A stretch of DNA of 64,000 nt from Candidatus Nomurabacteria bacterium CG1_02_43_90 (lineage in GTDB: Bacteria; Patescibacteriota; Minisyncoccia; Phycocordibacterales; UBA1550). This document shows positions 9,547 through 18,708 of the stretch, piece after piece (the first letter of the stretch is position 1; every line of letters begins with the position of its first letter). Both the position numbers and the translations under genes were made by a program. The notes under the pieces were generated by a model, which did no database searches, was not told the DNA's origin, and saw only the letters and a list, made by a program, of their open reading frames with translations. The stretch lies in contig MNVN01000010.1 of NCBI GenBank assembly GCA_001871765.1, positions 74 to 64,073 on the forward strand, in the 5' to 3' direction.

Positions 9547-10560
9547 GTGTGTATGGGGGTTGGTCTTACTGTTCCGCTCTCCTCTGTTGAGGCTCGGGAT
9601 TTTTCATTTTTAAATACAAGGATCGGACGTATATTTAACGGGAATACAAAGGCTCTCCCTCAGAATTCCCAAACTATCGTCTTTTTGGAAGCGGCGGTAA
9701 ACGTTGATCCAAACCCTGCAAAGGGCGGTGGTGACATTACGGTAGTTGACGACAGCGCTCTCCTTCCAGAAGTCGGACCATCCGGAACGATTGCGGATAT
9801 TGAGTCAAAGGGGCATCAGGGAAACATAAGTATATACACCGTACATAAAGGTGACACCTTACCACAGCTTGCAAAGATGTTTGGGGTGAGTGTGAACACT
9901 ATTCTATGGGCAAATGATTTGAGTCGTGATGCTTCTCTTAAGGAAGGACAAAGTATCATCATTCTCCCTGTTGATGGAATTCAGTATGTTGTTAAAAGGG
10001 GTGATACGGTTGAAGGTATTGCAAGGAAATACCAAGCTGATGCGACAGAAATTTTTGAATTCAACAATATTGAATCCGATAAGAATATTTTTATTGGCGA
10101 CACAATCTTAATTCCAAATGGGAAAGAGGTCTCCGTTGAAGCTCCAAAAGTGAAAGCACCAACAAACTCTCGGGCAAGTATTATCGCAAAGTATCCTTCC
10201 TATGATGGATACTACACCCACCCTGTTCCTGCGGGGCACAAGACACAAGGGATTCATGGGTACAATGCAGTTGACTACGGTGCTCCTATTGGCACCCCTG
10301 TATACGCGGCTGCAGAAGGTACTGTAATCGTAAGTCATTTCCGCCCCCTTTCGGACCCTTGGTTTGGTGGATACGGTAATTATATTGTTATCCAGCATCC
10401 TAATGGTACGCAGACCTTATATGGCCACTTGAGTGCGGTCTATGTAACAGAGGGGGCACACGTAGAACAACGACAGCCAATCGGCGAAGTTGGTAGCACC
10501 GGACATTCTACGGGCCCTCATTTACACTTTGAAGTACGTGGTGCACGAAACCCCTTTTAG
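9547..10560 (+). CDS. Cell-wall hydrolase with two LysM domains and a C-terminal M23 (LytM-type) metallopeptidase domain.
   Basis: Two LysM motifs (YTVHKGDTLPQLAKMFGVSVNTILWAN and YVVKRGDTVEGIARKY). M23 motifs HxGxD-like ...YGNYIVIQHPNGTQTLYGHLS...GSTGHSTGPHLHFEV. Confidence 0.85.
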   Translation: MCMGVGLTVPLSSVEARDFSFLNTRIGRIFNGNTKALPQNSQTIVFLEAAVNVDPNPAKGGGDITVVDDSALLPEVGPSGTIADIESKGHQGNISIYTVHKGDTLPQLAKMFGVSVNTILWANDLSRDASLKEGQSIIILPVDGIQYVVKRGDTVEGIARKYQADATEIFEFNNIESDKNIFIGDTILIPNGKEVSVEAPKVKAPTNSRASIIAKYPSYDGYYTHPVPAGHKTQGIHGYNAVDYGAPIGTPVYAAAEGTVIVSHFRPLSDPWFGGYGNYIVIQHPNGTQTLYGHLSAVYVTEGAHVEQRQPIGEVGSTGHSTGPHLHFEVRGARNPF

Positions 10561-10591
10561 TAGTTGAAGAGTAGGATCGTCAATAGCAACA

Positions 10592-10622
10592 AAAAACCCC
10601 AAGTGTTTGCTTTGGGTTTTTT
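10592..10622. terminator. Bidirectional intrinsic terminator between convergent genes.
   Basis: A-run, cccaa...ttggg hairpin, then T-run. Confidence 0.5.
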
Positions 10623-10624
10623 GT

Positions 10625-12163
10625 TTACCGCAACTCTGTTGGTCGGTAGGCGAGCGCTTCGAGTAAATGTTTTTCTGCGATATCGTCTGATTGGTCAAGG
10701 TCAGCAATCGTACGAGCTACCTTGAGGGTTTTGTGGTAGGCGCGCGGGGAAAGTTTTAAGCGTTCTGCCGAGGTATTAAAAAGCGAACGAAGTTTTGGAG
10801 TCAGCACAATGAACTGCTCCACTTCATTGGCGCGCATCTCGTTATTGGTAGTAATCTCGCGAGGATGATTTTGGAAACGTATTTGCTGTCGTTCTCGCGC
10901 GAGAATGATGCGCGTGCGTACACTCGCAGTACTCTCCCCTGCTTTTACTTCCGATAATTTATCATGATTCATTTTTGAAACCTTAACCCAGAGGTCAATG
11001 CGGTCAACAATAGGTCCAGAAAGTTTTCGTTGATATGAAGCGAGGGTACCCGGCATACACACACATTGTTCTTCGCTTCCATATTTCCCGCAGGGGCACG
11101 GGTTCATCGCCGCAAGAAGAATAAACCGCGCAGGAAAAACATCGCTTCCTTTTGCTCGTGCAATTCGCACGTGCCCTTCCTCGAGGGGCTCACGGAGAGA
11201 CTCAATAACGCGTCGGTCAAACTCAGGGAATTCATCAAGGAAAAGTACTCCACGATGTGCGAGGGTTATCTCGCCTGGCTTTGGGGTCGCTCCACCGCCA
11301 ATCACGGCAGGATAGGACGCGGTGTGGTGTGGTGCGCGGAGCGGTGGTTTGGTGATAATCTCTCGCGAAAGAAGACCTGCAACAGAGTGAATACTGGTAA
11401 CCTCAAGGGACTCATTTTCAGAAAGCTCAGGGAGCAAATGCGAAAATGCTTGTGCAAGCATTGTCTTACCCGTTCCTGGTGGTCCCCACATTGCGAGGTT
11501 GTGTTTTCCTGCGGCTGATATTTCAAGTGCACGTTTTGCAAATTCTTGACCTTTTATATGTGCGAGGTCAACCATGTTTTCATCAACCTGATCCATTCCT
11601 TGTTCGGCGAGATCTCTCGTATGCGCGATAATATTTTGATTATTTTTTGGGTCAAAATGTTTAATCAGGTCCGCAAGGGTATGTACTCCGTACACCGTAA
11701 TCCCAGAAACAAGCACTGCTTCCTGTTCATTTTCTTTGGGTACGAAGATTTCTGTAAACCCCTGTTCGCGTGCTGCCTGTGTAAGTAGAAGCACGCCGCG
11801 AATAGGGCGAATTACTCCATCAAGAGAAAGTTCTCCGAGGAAGAGTTTTTGTGCAGGGTTGAAGCTCACTTCCCCGGAGGCTTTGAGGTAGGCAACGGCG
11901 ATAGCAAGGTCATAATGGGATCCTTCTTTTTTAAGCTCCGCGGGGGCAAGGGATATTACAATTTTTTGATTTTTTTGTTTAGGGGAAACAAAACCAGAGT
12001 TTTTTATTGCGGCACTTACACGGTCGCGGGATTCATCAACGGAAGTGCTGGGAAGTCCCACTAAAGAAAAAGCGTGGAGCCCCTTTGAGAGATCCACTTC
12101 AACGTCGACAATATGAGCGATAAGACCGACTATTTGAGCTGAAAATAGTTTTGAAAATTGCAT
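10625..12163 (-). CDS. comM: YifB/ComM family Mg-chelatase-like AAA+ ATPase.
   Basis: The N-terminal Lon-like domain, the AAA+ Walker A GPPGTGKTMLA and the C-terminal ChlI region follow the ComM architecture. Confidence 0.85.
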   Translation of the reverse strand: MQFSKLFSAQIVGLIAHIVDVEVDLSKGLHAFSLVGLPSTSVDESRDRVSAAIKNSGFVSPKQKNQKIVISLAPAELKKEGSHYDLAIAVAYLKASGEVSFNPAQKLFLGELSLDGVIRPIRGVLLLTQAAREQGFTEIFVPKENEQEAVLVSGITVYGVHTLADLIKHFDPKNNQNIIAHTRDLAEQGMDQVDENMVDLAHIKGQEFAKRALEISAAGKHNLAMWGPPGTGKTMLAQAFSHLLPELSENESLEVTSIHSVAGLLSREIITKPPLRAPHHTASYPAVIGGGATPKPGEITLAHRGVLFLDEFPEFDRRVIESLREPLEEGHVRIARAKGSDVFPARFILLAAMNPCPCGKYGSEEQCVCMPGTLASYQRKLSGPIVDRIDLWVKVSKMNHDKLSEVKAGESTASVRTRIILARERQQIRFQNHPREITTNNEMRANEVEQFIVLTPKLRSLFNTSAERLKLSPRAYHKTLKVARTIADLDQSDDIAEKHLLEALAYRPTELR

Positions 12164-12181
12164 AGCAATGAGCGAAGACTT

Positions 12182-12541
12182 TTATTCCTCGCGATGTGCA
12201 ATACAGGTTGATGCTGCGGGGTTTGCATGGAGGCGAGCGTCCTCAATTACTTCTCCGCAAATACGGCAGACACCATAGACCTCTGCCTCGATACGTACGA
12301 GCGCTGCATCGATTTCCATCATACGCGCCTCGAGCTCAACCTCGATTGCCACACTTCCTTCAAAAGCTTCAATACTATCAGCTACTTCGTTTGGGTCGGT
12401 GGTTGTGTTGTTGAGGTCAGGAGCCGATGGATCCCAGTCCCCTGCAAGGTCAGGACTTTTGTGCCCTACCCCCGTGAGTTCTTTTTCGAGTCTACTTTTT
12501 TCCTCAAGAAGCATTGTTTTTAATTCAGAAATGTTTGTCAT
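12182..12541 (-). CDS. DksA/TraR-family C4-type zinc-finger protein.
   Basis: C-terminal CxxC...CxxH-like finger (CRICGEVIEDARLHANPAASTCIAH) after a coiled-coil region. Confidence 0.7.
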   Translation of the reverse strand: MTNISELKTMLLEEKSRLEKELTGVGHKSPDLAGDWDPSAPDLNNTTTDPNEVADSIEAFEGSVAIEVELEARMMEIDAALVRIEAEVYGVCRICGEVIEDARLHANPAASTCIAHREE

Positions 12542-12561
12542 ATAAAGATAGTGTATCGCGT

Positions 12562-13557
12562 TTATTTTTTTACTGCAAGAGGGAGGAGTGTTTCAAGCGC
12601 AGATTTACTTTCGGCAATAACAAGCGTGGTAGGATTTGCAAACGCGTACGCTATTGTTATGGTGGGTGTCACTTCGGAATAACGTGCATCTTTTCCGCTA
12701 ATGACCACGTCGTAAAATTTTGTGGTAGCAAGAAGCCCGGTATTAACGGTGGATCCAAAAATAACATCAAACATATGTGGGATTGCGGACTCCCATTCAA
12801 GCATGGCCGCGAGAGCAACTTCATTATCTGAAAACTTCATCATGATGAATGGCGTCGCTCTCCCCCCTTGTTCTCCAATGAGGCCAACCATAAAAGGTTT
12901 TTCGAGCGATCGAGTAATAGTTTCTGGTGCGGTAATTCCGACAAAGCGGAGAAATCGGTTTATGGATATTCCAAGAGAATCAGCCTCGCTATCCTCAGTG
13001 AAATAAAAGTTTTTTATTGAGGTTACCGAGAGTTCTTTTTGTCGCTCATTCATGATGGCCGAGAGTACGGTTGCGCTAGATTCCTTACTGATATCGAAAC
13101 GCTTTTCACCCTGTGCGGGGATAATTGATGGTGCAATCGGCAGAACAAGAGGAGTACTCGAGGCCGTTGTCGTTTCTGAAGGTTTACCAAACGTAGGAAG
13201 AGAGAGAGCGGGGAGAGAATTATTTTTGAGTTTTGGTGCTATAAAAATATAGGTAGAAATAAGCGCAATAATTATTGCAAGAATGACGATACGCCCAATT
13301 CGTTTTGGGGCGGGCGGAGTTGCTTCACTTGTAGTGGGATCATCTTTTCCCAGGGAGTTGATTTTTTGGGATTTCTTCTTTTCTTCAGCCATGGCAATAG
13401 ACACGGTCGTTTCATTTTGTTTCTTGATTGCGTCTGCTTCATCACTCTTCATAGTGCGAATGAGTCGTGGTGCAGGTACATTTTTTGAATCAGCAGCTTC
13501 GGGGGTTCCTTGAAATACGCCAGGTTCAAGAGGGGTTGGGGTAGTGTTCTCACTCAT
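12562..13557 (-). CDS. Hypothetical single-pass membrane protein with a ~220-aa extracytoplasmic domain.
   Basis: TM segment IVILAIIIALISTYIFIAP. No recognisable domain. Confidence 0.5.
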   Translation of the reverse strand: MSENTTPTPLEPGVFQGTPEAADSKNVPAPRLIRTMKSDEADAIKKQNETTVSIAMAEEKKKSQKINSLGKDDPTTSEATPPAPKRIGRIVILAIIIALISTYIFIAPKLKNNSLPALSLPTFGKPSETTTASSTPLVLPIAPSIIPAQGEKRFDISKESSATVLSAIMNERQKELSVTSIKNFYFTEDSEADSLGISINRFLRFVGITAPETITRSLEKPFMVGLIGEQGGRATPFIMMKFSDNEVALAAMLEWESAIPHMFDVIFGSTVNTGLLATTKFYDVVISGKDARYSEVTPTITIAYAFANPTTLVIAESKSALETLLPLAVKK

Positions 13558-13995
13558 CAGTCTAGTATATCGTGTATTTGTATTTCACGCACGGATTTTT
13601 GTGTGGATAAATGATCTTTAAGCGAGAAAGAGTTTATAAGTAGTAACCTAAACGTGATACGGGGGGCATTTGCCGGGGGTCCATGCCCCCGCTGTCACCA
13701 TCCTTGCTTTTATTTTTAAAGTATGGTAGTATAAAAACTGGTTCAGCGGAGCAATCTGCTGATTTTTTTAGTTCTACAAAGGGAGAGAAGCAATGTGTAC
13801 AACAGACGATGCAAAAAATAGCACTGAGGACGGGAGAGGTGGACGTTTGAATCCCTCTCCACAGGAACACTCGGAGCATGTGCCGGAACAAAAAGCACAA
13901 GGCGATGGAGGCCGTAACCCTCAGACGCAGCGCTTCCTTGAGACAGGGATTGGAGGGCAAGACTGCTCACGCCCGGCGATTTTCTGATAAATAAA

Positions 13996-14025
13996 CCAAA
14001 AAGCCCGGCATGCCGGGCTTTTTTA
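13996..14025. terminator. Bidirectional intrinsic terminator (A-run, perfect palindrome, T-run) at the 3' end of the NYN gene.
   Basis: aaaaagcccggcatgccgggctttttt. Confidence 0.55.
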
Positions 14026-14051
14026 CTGCTTATTTTTATTCAGTAGATCCT

Positions 14052-14648
14052 CTACTCCTCTTTTGGGCTAGGGATTTCTTTGCGACGACTTGGTGTTTGT
14101 TTGCGAGGACGGCGTGCACCACTTCCCCCACTGTTACCTCCCCGAAACCCGAGGAGGTATTTTCTTTGGTTGTCACACATGTCAATGAAATCATCGCATG
14201 CTTCACGAAGCTTGCCAGAAGCAGAACGCCCAAAGGTGATTACCTCTACTTGTGTGCCCATGAACTTCAAGTATTCAACGAGAGGTACAAAATCGCCATC
14301 GCCAGAAGCGAGTACTACGGCGTCAACCTTTGAAGCAAGACGAATAGCGTCTACTGCAAGCCCTACATCCCAGTCCCCTTTCTTTGCCCCGCCAAAAAAT
14401 ATTTGTAAATCTTTCGTCTTTGTTTCGATGCCGAGGTTGTTCAAAGCCTCAAAAAATCCTTTTTCTTCTTCACCTTCTGTTGCAATGACGTAGGCCACGG
14501 CACGAATAAGGTGTCTTCCTCCGAGCGCTTCTTTGAGCACGGCGCCGAAGTTTACTTTTGCCCCATAAAGATTGCGGGCGCTATGATAGAGGTTTTGTGC
14601 GTCAATGAACATTGCAACACGTTGCTCTTTTTGTTTGATAATTGCCAT
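14052..14648 (-). CDS. NYN-domain (LabA/DUF88-like) putative RNase with a C-terminal Gly/Arg-rich (RGG-like) tail.
   Basis: The N-terminus VAMFIDAQNLYHSARNL...VDAVVLASGDGDFVPLV matches the NYN/LabA fold. The tail is GFRGGNSGGSGARRPRKQTPSRRK. Confidence 0.8.
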   Translation of the reverse strand: MAIIKQKEQRVAMFIDAQNLYHSARNLYGAKVNFGAVLKEALGGRHLIRAVAYVIATEGEEEKGFFEALNNLGIETKTKDLQIFFGGAKKGDWDVGLAVDAIRLASKVDAVVLASGDGDFVPLVEYLKFMGTQVEVITFGRSASGKLREACDDFIDMCDNQRKYLLGFRGGNSGGSGARRPRKQTPSRRKEIPSPKEE

Positions 14649-14761
14649 ATAAAATTGTTGAGTGCTCGTTTGTGTTTAAAGGGCGATTTTTCCGCCCCTA
14701 CCGTACGTAAATTACGCACTCGTTGTTATTTAATTTATTAAAAAATGATTACTGTGGTTAT

Positions 14762-14914
14762 ACCATCCCCAATTAACCTCTTCGTATTTTGTCAAAAATA
14801 TCAACTGAGCCTTTGTAAAAATCCTTCAAAATATCTCGATATTCTTTAGTATTTTTCGTTCGGCTCGCTTGATATTTTTGACAAAATTACACGAAGGACT
14901 TAATTGAGTATGGT
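14762..14914. repeat. Large imperfect inverted repeat. The ~45-bp arms share a perfect 19-bp inner core and are separated by a 64-bp spacer that is itself partly palindromic.
   Basis: Arm 1 ...cgtattttgtcaaaaatatcaa versus arm 2 ttgatatttttgacaaaat... Outer parts match in blocks (acgaag, ttaattg, atggt). Confidence 0.6.
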
Positions 14915-15058
14915 ATTAGTATCTCACAAGTGAGGATAAACAAAAAGCCCCGAATCAGTTGACTCGGGGATTTTTGTAGCCTGTCCATCATCTTGCTTTT
15001 TTGACCAAAATTTGGGGAATTTTAGTCGAAATGAAGATATTGGATAGGCTCAAATCCT

Positions 15059-15322
15059 TTATTTCAAACCGATTTTCTTTACCAATACATCGTAGCGTTC
15101 CTTGTTTTTGCGCTTGAGATAGCTTAGATGGGTACGACGATCTGCAACCATTTGGAGAAGTCCACGGCGAGAGTGGTTATCTTTGTGGTTTTTCTTCAAA
15201 TGAAGAGCGAGTTCATCGATACTTTTGGAGAGAATAGCAACCTGAGCCTCGGGAGAACCCGTGTCAGTAGCGTGCATCTGCACCTTTTTGATAATATTTT
15301 GTTTCTGCTTTGTCGTAATCAT
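15059..15322 (-). CDS. rpsO: 30S ribosomal protein S15.
   Basis: GSPEAQVAILS...LHLKKNHKDNHSRRGLLQMV...RYDVLVKKIGL. Confidence 0.9.
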   Translation of the reverse strand: MITTKQKQNIIKKVQMHATDTGSPEAQVAILSKSIDELALHLKKNHKDNHSRRGLLQMVADRRTHLSYLKRKNKERYDVLVKKIGLK

Positions 15323-15329
15323 TGGAGTA

Positions 15330-15358
15330 ACTCTAGCATATCTTGCCTATAAATGCAA
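15330..15358 (-). promoter_or_regulatory. Sigma70-like promoter TTGCAT-N17-TAGAGT, 7 nt upstream of the rpsO ATG (leaderless).
   Basis: Minus strand reads TTGCATttataggcaagatatgcTAGAGTtactccaATG. The same hexamers occur upstream of rpsL. Confidence 0.4.
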
Positions 15359-15402
15359 GCCCTTGGCCAGAGAGGCTGTTTTTCTGCTATTTATAAGTCT
15401 CC

Positions 15403-15642
15403 CTACTCCTCGTCAGGCTCTTTTAGGGGGATAATTTCAATACCGCTCATATCGTTAAAATCCTTAGAAAGAGCAGGGGGGACATCTGCTGTCTTTGGAG
15501 AAGTTTCGTCAAGAAAAATACCCTGTTCTGCGAGTACTCGTCGAGAAACACCCTCTTCCTCTTTTTGGAAAGATTGTCTCGCTCCTTCATCATCACCAAG
15601 ATTTCGTGAATCAGTGAATATAATGCCATCGTCAGAAGTCAT
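15403..15642 (-). CDS. Possible small acidic hypothetical protein upstream of rpsO.
   Basis: 79-aa ORF, D/E-rich. Weak support. Confidence 0.3.
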   Translation of the reverse strand: MTSDDGIIFTDSRNLGDDEGARQSFQKEEEGVSRRVLAEQGIFLDETSPKTADVPPALSKDFNDMSGIEIIPLKEPDEE

Positions 15643-15769
15643 GTTTCAAATTGTAACGTAATGCAGAATAAAAGTCTATAAAACGTACCCTGTGTAAAAT
15701 TATTTTTTTATATTCTGATATACTTAATAGTGTCGCACAATATGATTTTTATCATTTTTCTCTTAGGAT

Positions 15770-16696
15770 ATGTCACTCTCTCTTTTTAAACGTCAATACC
15801 TCGAACACCTTGAAATAGAAAAAGGGCGTAGTTTGAAGACGATTGAAAATTATGAACGCTACTTGAATCGTTTTTTTGATTTTGCAAAAGTTGATGAGCC
15901 TCTAGCAATCACGGATGATTTAATTAGAGAGTTTCGTTTGTGGTTAAATAGGCAACCTTCAGGTAGTAAAAAGGGCGGAAGCACAGAAACACTCAAAAAG
16001 AAAACACAAAACTACTACCTCATTGCTCTCCGTAGTTTTTTGAAATATCTACGCAAGCGCGGAGTGGACTCACTGTCCCCTGAACGTATTGACCTTGCCA
16101 AGACCGCCGAGCGTGACCTCGACCTCATCTCGACCGCTGACCTCGAGCGACTACTGCAAGCACCCGATAGAAGTAGCGTTGCGGGCTTGCGTGACAAGGC
16201 TATTTTGGAACTCTTTTTCTCCACAGGGCTTCGTCTGTCTGAACTCTGTTCCCTTTCGCGCGACCTTGATCTCAATAAAGACGAGTTTTCTGTGCGTGGA
16301 AAAGGGGAAAAGGTGCGCGTCGTTTTCCTCTCTGATGCTGCGAAAATGGCACTGCGTGCATACCTTGGGAAGCGCAAGGATATGGATGACGCATTATTCG
16401 TCCGCCAAGTAGCAGATTCTCAAAAAGAAAAATCCTCAACAAAAGAATCCCTTCGCCTCACCCCCCGCTCTATTGAACGCATGGTGAAACACTATGCCCT
16501 CAAGGCAGGTATCTCAAAAAAAGTAACCCCTCATGTTATTCGCCACTCCTTCGCTACTGACCTTTTAAGTAATGGTGCCGATATTCGCTCGGTGCAAATG
16601 ATGCTCGGGCACGCAAACATCGCCACGACGCAAATTTATACCCATGTAACCGATGCACAACTCCGTGATGTGCATAAGAAGTTTCATAGTAAGTAA
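15770..16696 (+). CDS. Tyrosine site-specific recombinase, XerC/XerD family.
   Basis: C-terminal catalytic box HVIRHSFATDLLSNGADIRSVQMMLGHANIATTQIYTHV. An RBS AGGA precedes the ATG. Confidence 0.85.
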   Translation: MSLSLFKRQYLEHLEIEKGRSLKTIENYERYLNRFFDFAKVDEPLAITDDLIREFRLWLNRQPSGSKKGGSTETLKKKTQNYYLIALRSFLKYLRKRGVDSLSPERIDLAKTAERDLDLISTADLERLLQAPDRSSVAGLRDKAILELFFSTGLRLSELCSLSRDLDLNKDEFSVRGKGEKVRVVFLSDAAKMALRAYLGKRKDMDDALFVRQVADSQKEKSSTKESLRLTPRSIERMVKHYALKAGISKKVTPHVIRHSFATDLLSNGADIRSVQMMLGHANIATTQIYTHVTDAQLRDVHKKFHSK

Positions 16697-16721
16697 AAGT
16701 AGCCTTTGCTATACTATCCCC

Positions 16722-17489
16722 ATGCACATTATCTCCTGGAATGTAAATGGATTGCGCGCAATTCATAAAAAAGGAAACTTTGCCGATATTCTTAAAAAAG
16801 ATGCGGATATTTTGTGTTTTCAGGAAACAAAAGCCGAAGCCGAGCAACTTGCCGAAGAAGTCCTTAATCCACAAGGCTATTTTTCCTACTTCGCACATTC
16901 AAAAACACGCAAGGGGTACAGCGGAGTTGCGGTCTATTCAAAAATAAAGGCAGAAAAAGTTGAAGAAGGTATGGGTGTCCCCGAAATGGATCAAGAAGGG
17001 CGACTTCTCGTTGTTTATTGTAAAGATTTTGTGCTTTTGAACTGTTATTTCCCTAATGGGGGTGGTGGACCAGAGCGCCTCGCTTTCAAACTTGATTTTT
17101 ATGATCATTTTCTGGTGTTTATTGAAAAATTACACAAACAGGGAAATAAGATTATTATTTGCGGTGATGTGAATACTGCCCACGAGGCTATTGACCTCGC
17201 CCGTCCAAAACAAAATGAAAATAATACAGGGTTTCTCCCTGAAGAGCGTGCCTGGATTGACGAATTGGTAAACCACGGCTATGTCGATATTTTCCGCCAC
17301 ATCAATCCCCTTAAAAAAGATGCATACACCTATTGGGATATAAAGACGGCGGCTCGCGAACGCAATGTTGGTTGGCGCATAGACTATTTCTTCATTTCTT
17401 CCGACCTACTCCCTCGCGTGAAACAGGCAACCATACTGAGTGAATTTTTTGGTTCGGACCACTGTCCGATTCTGTTGGAAGTGAAATAG
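16722..17489 (+). CDS. xth: Exodeoxyribonuclease III (AP endonuclease).
   Basis: ISWNVNGLRA, LCFQETK and the C-terminal SDHCPI motif. The start is taken at the internal ATG at 16722. Confidence 0.85.
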   Translation: MHIISWNVNGLRAIHKKGNFADILKKDADILCFQETKAEAEQLAEEVLNPQGYFSYFAHSKTRKGYSGVAVYSKIKAEKVEEGMGVPEMDQEGRLLVVYCKDFVLLNCYFPNGGGGPERLAFKLDFYDHFLVFIEKLHKQGNKIIICGDVNTAHEAIDLARPKQNENNTGFLPEERAWIDELVNHGYVDIFRHINPLKKDAYTYWDIKTAARERNVGWRIDYFFISSDLLPRVKQATILSEFFGSDHCPILLEVK

Positions 17490-17554
17490 GGCTTGCAAAA
17501 TATATATGTATATGTTTTTATAGTGTTTGGTTCATTAACGAAAAGGGGTAGTAC

Positions 17555-18307
17555 ATGTTGTCATATGTTGGTGTTACGGGTTTTGGTAGTCGTCATCAGG
17601 TTAAGTCCGTTCTGCGTTCGGTACCGTTCGGCACAAACAGGAAACTTATGGTAGGTGTTCGTGCGAGCCATAATACAATTGATGGGGGGAAACATCTTTT
17701 CCCCTGTCAATATCCGTCAGGGTCACAAATGCGGACCATTTTTGTCAACGACCCTCGTGTTCTCAATCTTGTTCATTTTAATACGAGAGATCCTGATCTT
17801 CTCTATGAACAGCTTATGGACATGTGGGGTTTTGCCGGGACTCTTTGTCATGGTTTTCAACTTAACATGATATGGCCTTCGCCGGAAGTAATAAGGAAGG
17901 TTAAAGCAAGGTGGAAGGAGTGTATCATTGTCCTTTGGGTTTGCACCCATGCGTTCGAAGTCGTGGAGAATAATCCCAAAACGTTGGCAGATAAAGTTGA
18001 GCGAGAATATAAAGGGCTGATTGACTACATTCTCCTTGATGCGAGCGGTGGTTTTGGGAAACCCCTCGACACTGAAGTATTGAGGGGCTACCTGAGAGCA
18101 ATTACAGCAAAGAACTTGCCTATTGGTCTTGGGGTTGCAGGAGGACTGAGCCCCTCAACGCTCGGCCTTGTGGAACCTCTTATCAAGGAGTTCCCCAGGC
18201 TTTCTATCGACGCAGAGGGGTGCCTCATGGACGAGGGTGATCACCTTAATCTCACCCTTGCGCATGACTTTGTGAATAATTCACTGTTACTTTTTGGGGA
18301 AATTTAA
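17555..18307 (+). CDS. TrpF-like (phosphoribosylanthranilate isomerase family) TIM-barrel protein.
   Basis: VGVTGF start, ILLDASGGFGKPLD and LGVAGGLSPSTL resemble the PRAI phosphate-binding motifs. Assigned from memory only. Confidence 0.45.
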   Translation: MLSYVGVTGFGSRHQVKSVLRSVPFGTNRKLMVGVRASHNTIDGGKHLFPCQYPSGSQMRTIFVNDPRVLNLVHFNTRDPDLLYEQLMDMWGFAGTLCHGFQLNMIWPSPEVIRKVKARWKECIIVLWVCTHAFEVVENNPKTLADKVEREYKGLIDYILLDASGGFGKPLDTEVLRGYLRAITAKNLPIGLGVAGGLSPSTLGLVEPLIKEFPRLSIDAEGCLMDEGDHLNLTLAHDFVNNSLLLFGEI

Positions 18308-18459
18308 GAAGATCTCCCTGTCGCGTAGGCGCACAATATTTGTTTGACTCACGAGCACTCACCGGAAGAAATTCCTGTGGGTGCTTTTTTCTTAACTATT
18401 CTAACCGATGCCTTTTAACCCTAAAGAACAATGGTGCTTGACATTATCCTATAATTTCA

Positions 18460-18481
18460 TATTGATATTATCATATCAATA
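18460..18481 (+). promoter_or_regulatory. Palindromic operator-like site immediately upstream of the parD-like antitoxin gene.
   Basis: tATTGATATtatcATATCAATa ends 13 nt before the ATG. Confidence 0.35.
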
Positions 18482-18494
18482 ATAATATAAATAT

Positions 18495-18704
18495 ATGTCT
18501 ACATTGTCTGTTCCTCTCTCTCCAGAACTAGAAAAGTTCATTGATAACCAAGTAAAAAATGGTAATGCCGCCAATAAAGCTGATGTTGTTCGGCGTGCAC
18601 TCATTCGTTTTTCTGAAGATGAGGCTGTGCGTGCTGTGCTCGAGGCATCAAGGGGGCCTGTGCTTAAGGGTGACCTGCGTGAGTTAATGAAGCAAATTAA
18701 CTAA
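18495..18704 (+). CDS. parD: ParD/COG3609-type RHH antitoxin.
   Basis: SPELEKFIDNQVKNGNAANKADVVRRALIRFSEDEA matches the ParD antitoxin pattern. Confidence 0.7.
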   Translation: MSTLSVPLSPELEKFIDNQVKNGNAANKADVVRRALIRFSEDEAVRAVLEASRGPVLKGDLRELMKQIN

Positions 18705-18708
18705 CAAG

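Noticed and set aside
13793-13987. A 64-aa ORF with an RBS in the GC-rich spacer, considered as a small protein gene.
   Set aside because: It has low-complexity G/E/Q/R-rich composition. It sits in a segment whose GC and hairpin content look like structured RNA. It is kept only as an alternative explanation in the ncRNA finding.
13660-13995. A specific call of tmRNA or RNase P RNA for the GC-rich segments.
   Set aside because: I could not find the RNase P CR-I/CR-V blocks (AGGAAAGUCCGGGCUCC, ACAGAAnCCGGCUUA) or a tmRNA tag reading frame ending ...AA-stop with a paired GGGG/CCACCA acceptor. Only generic candidates are reported.
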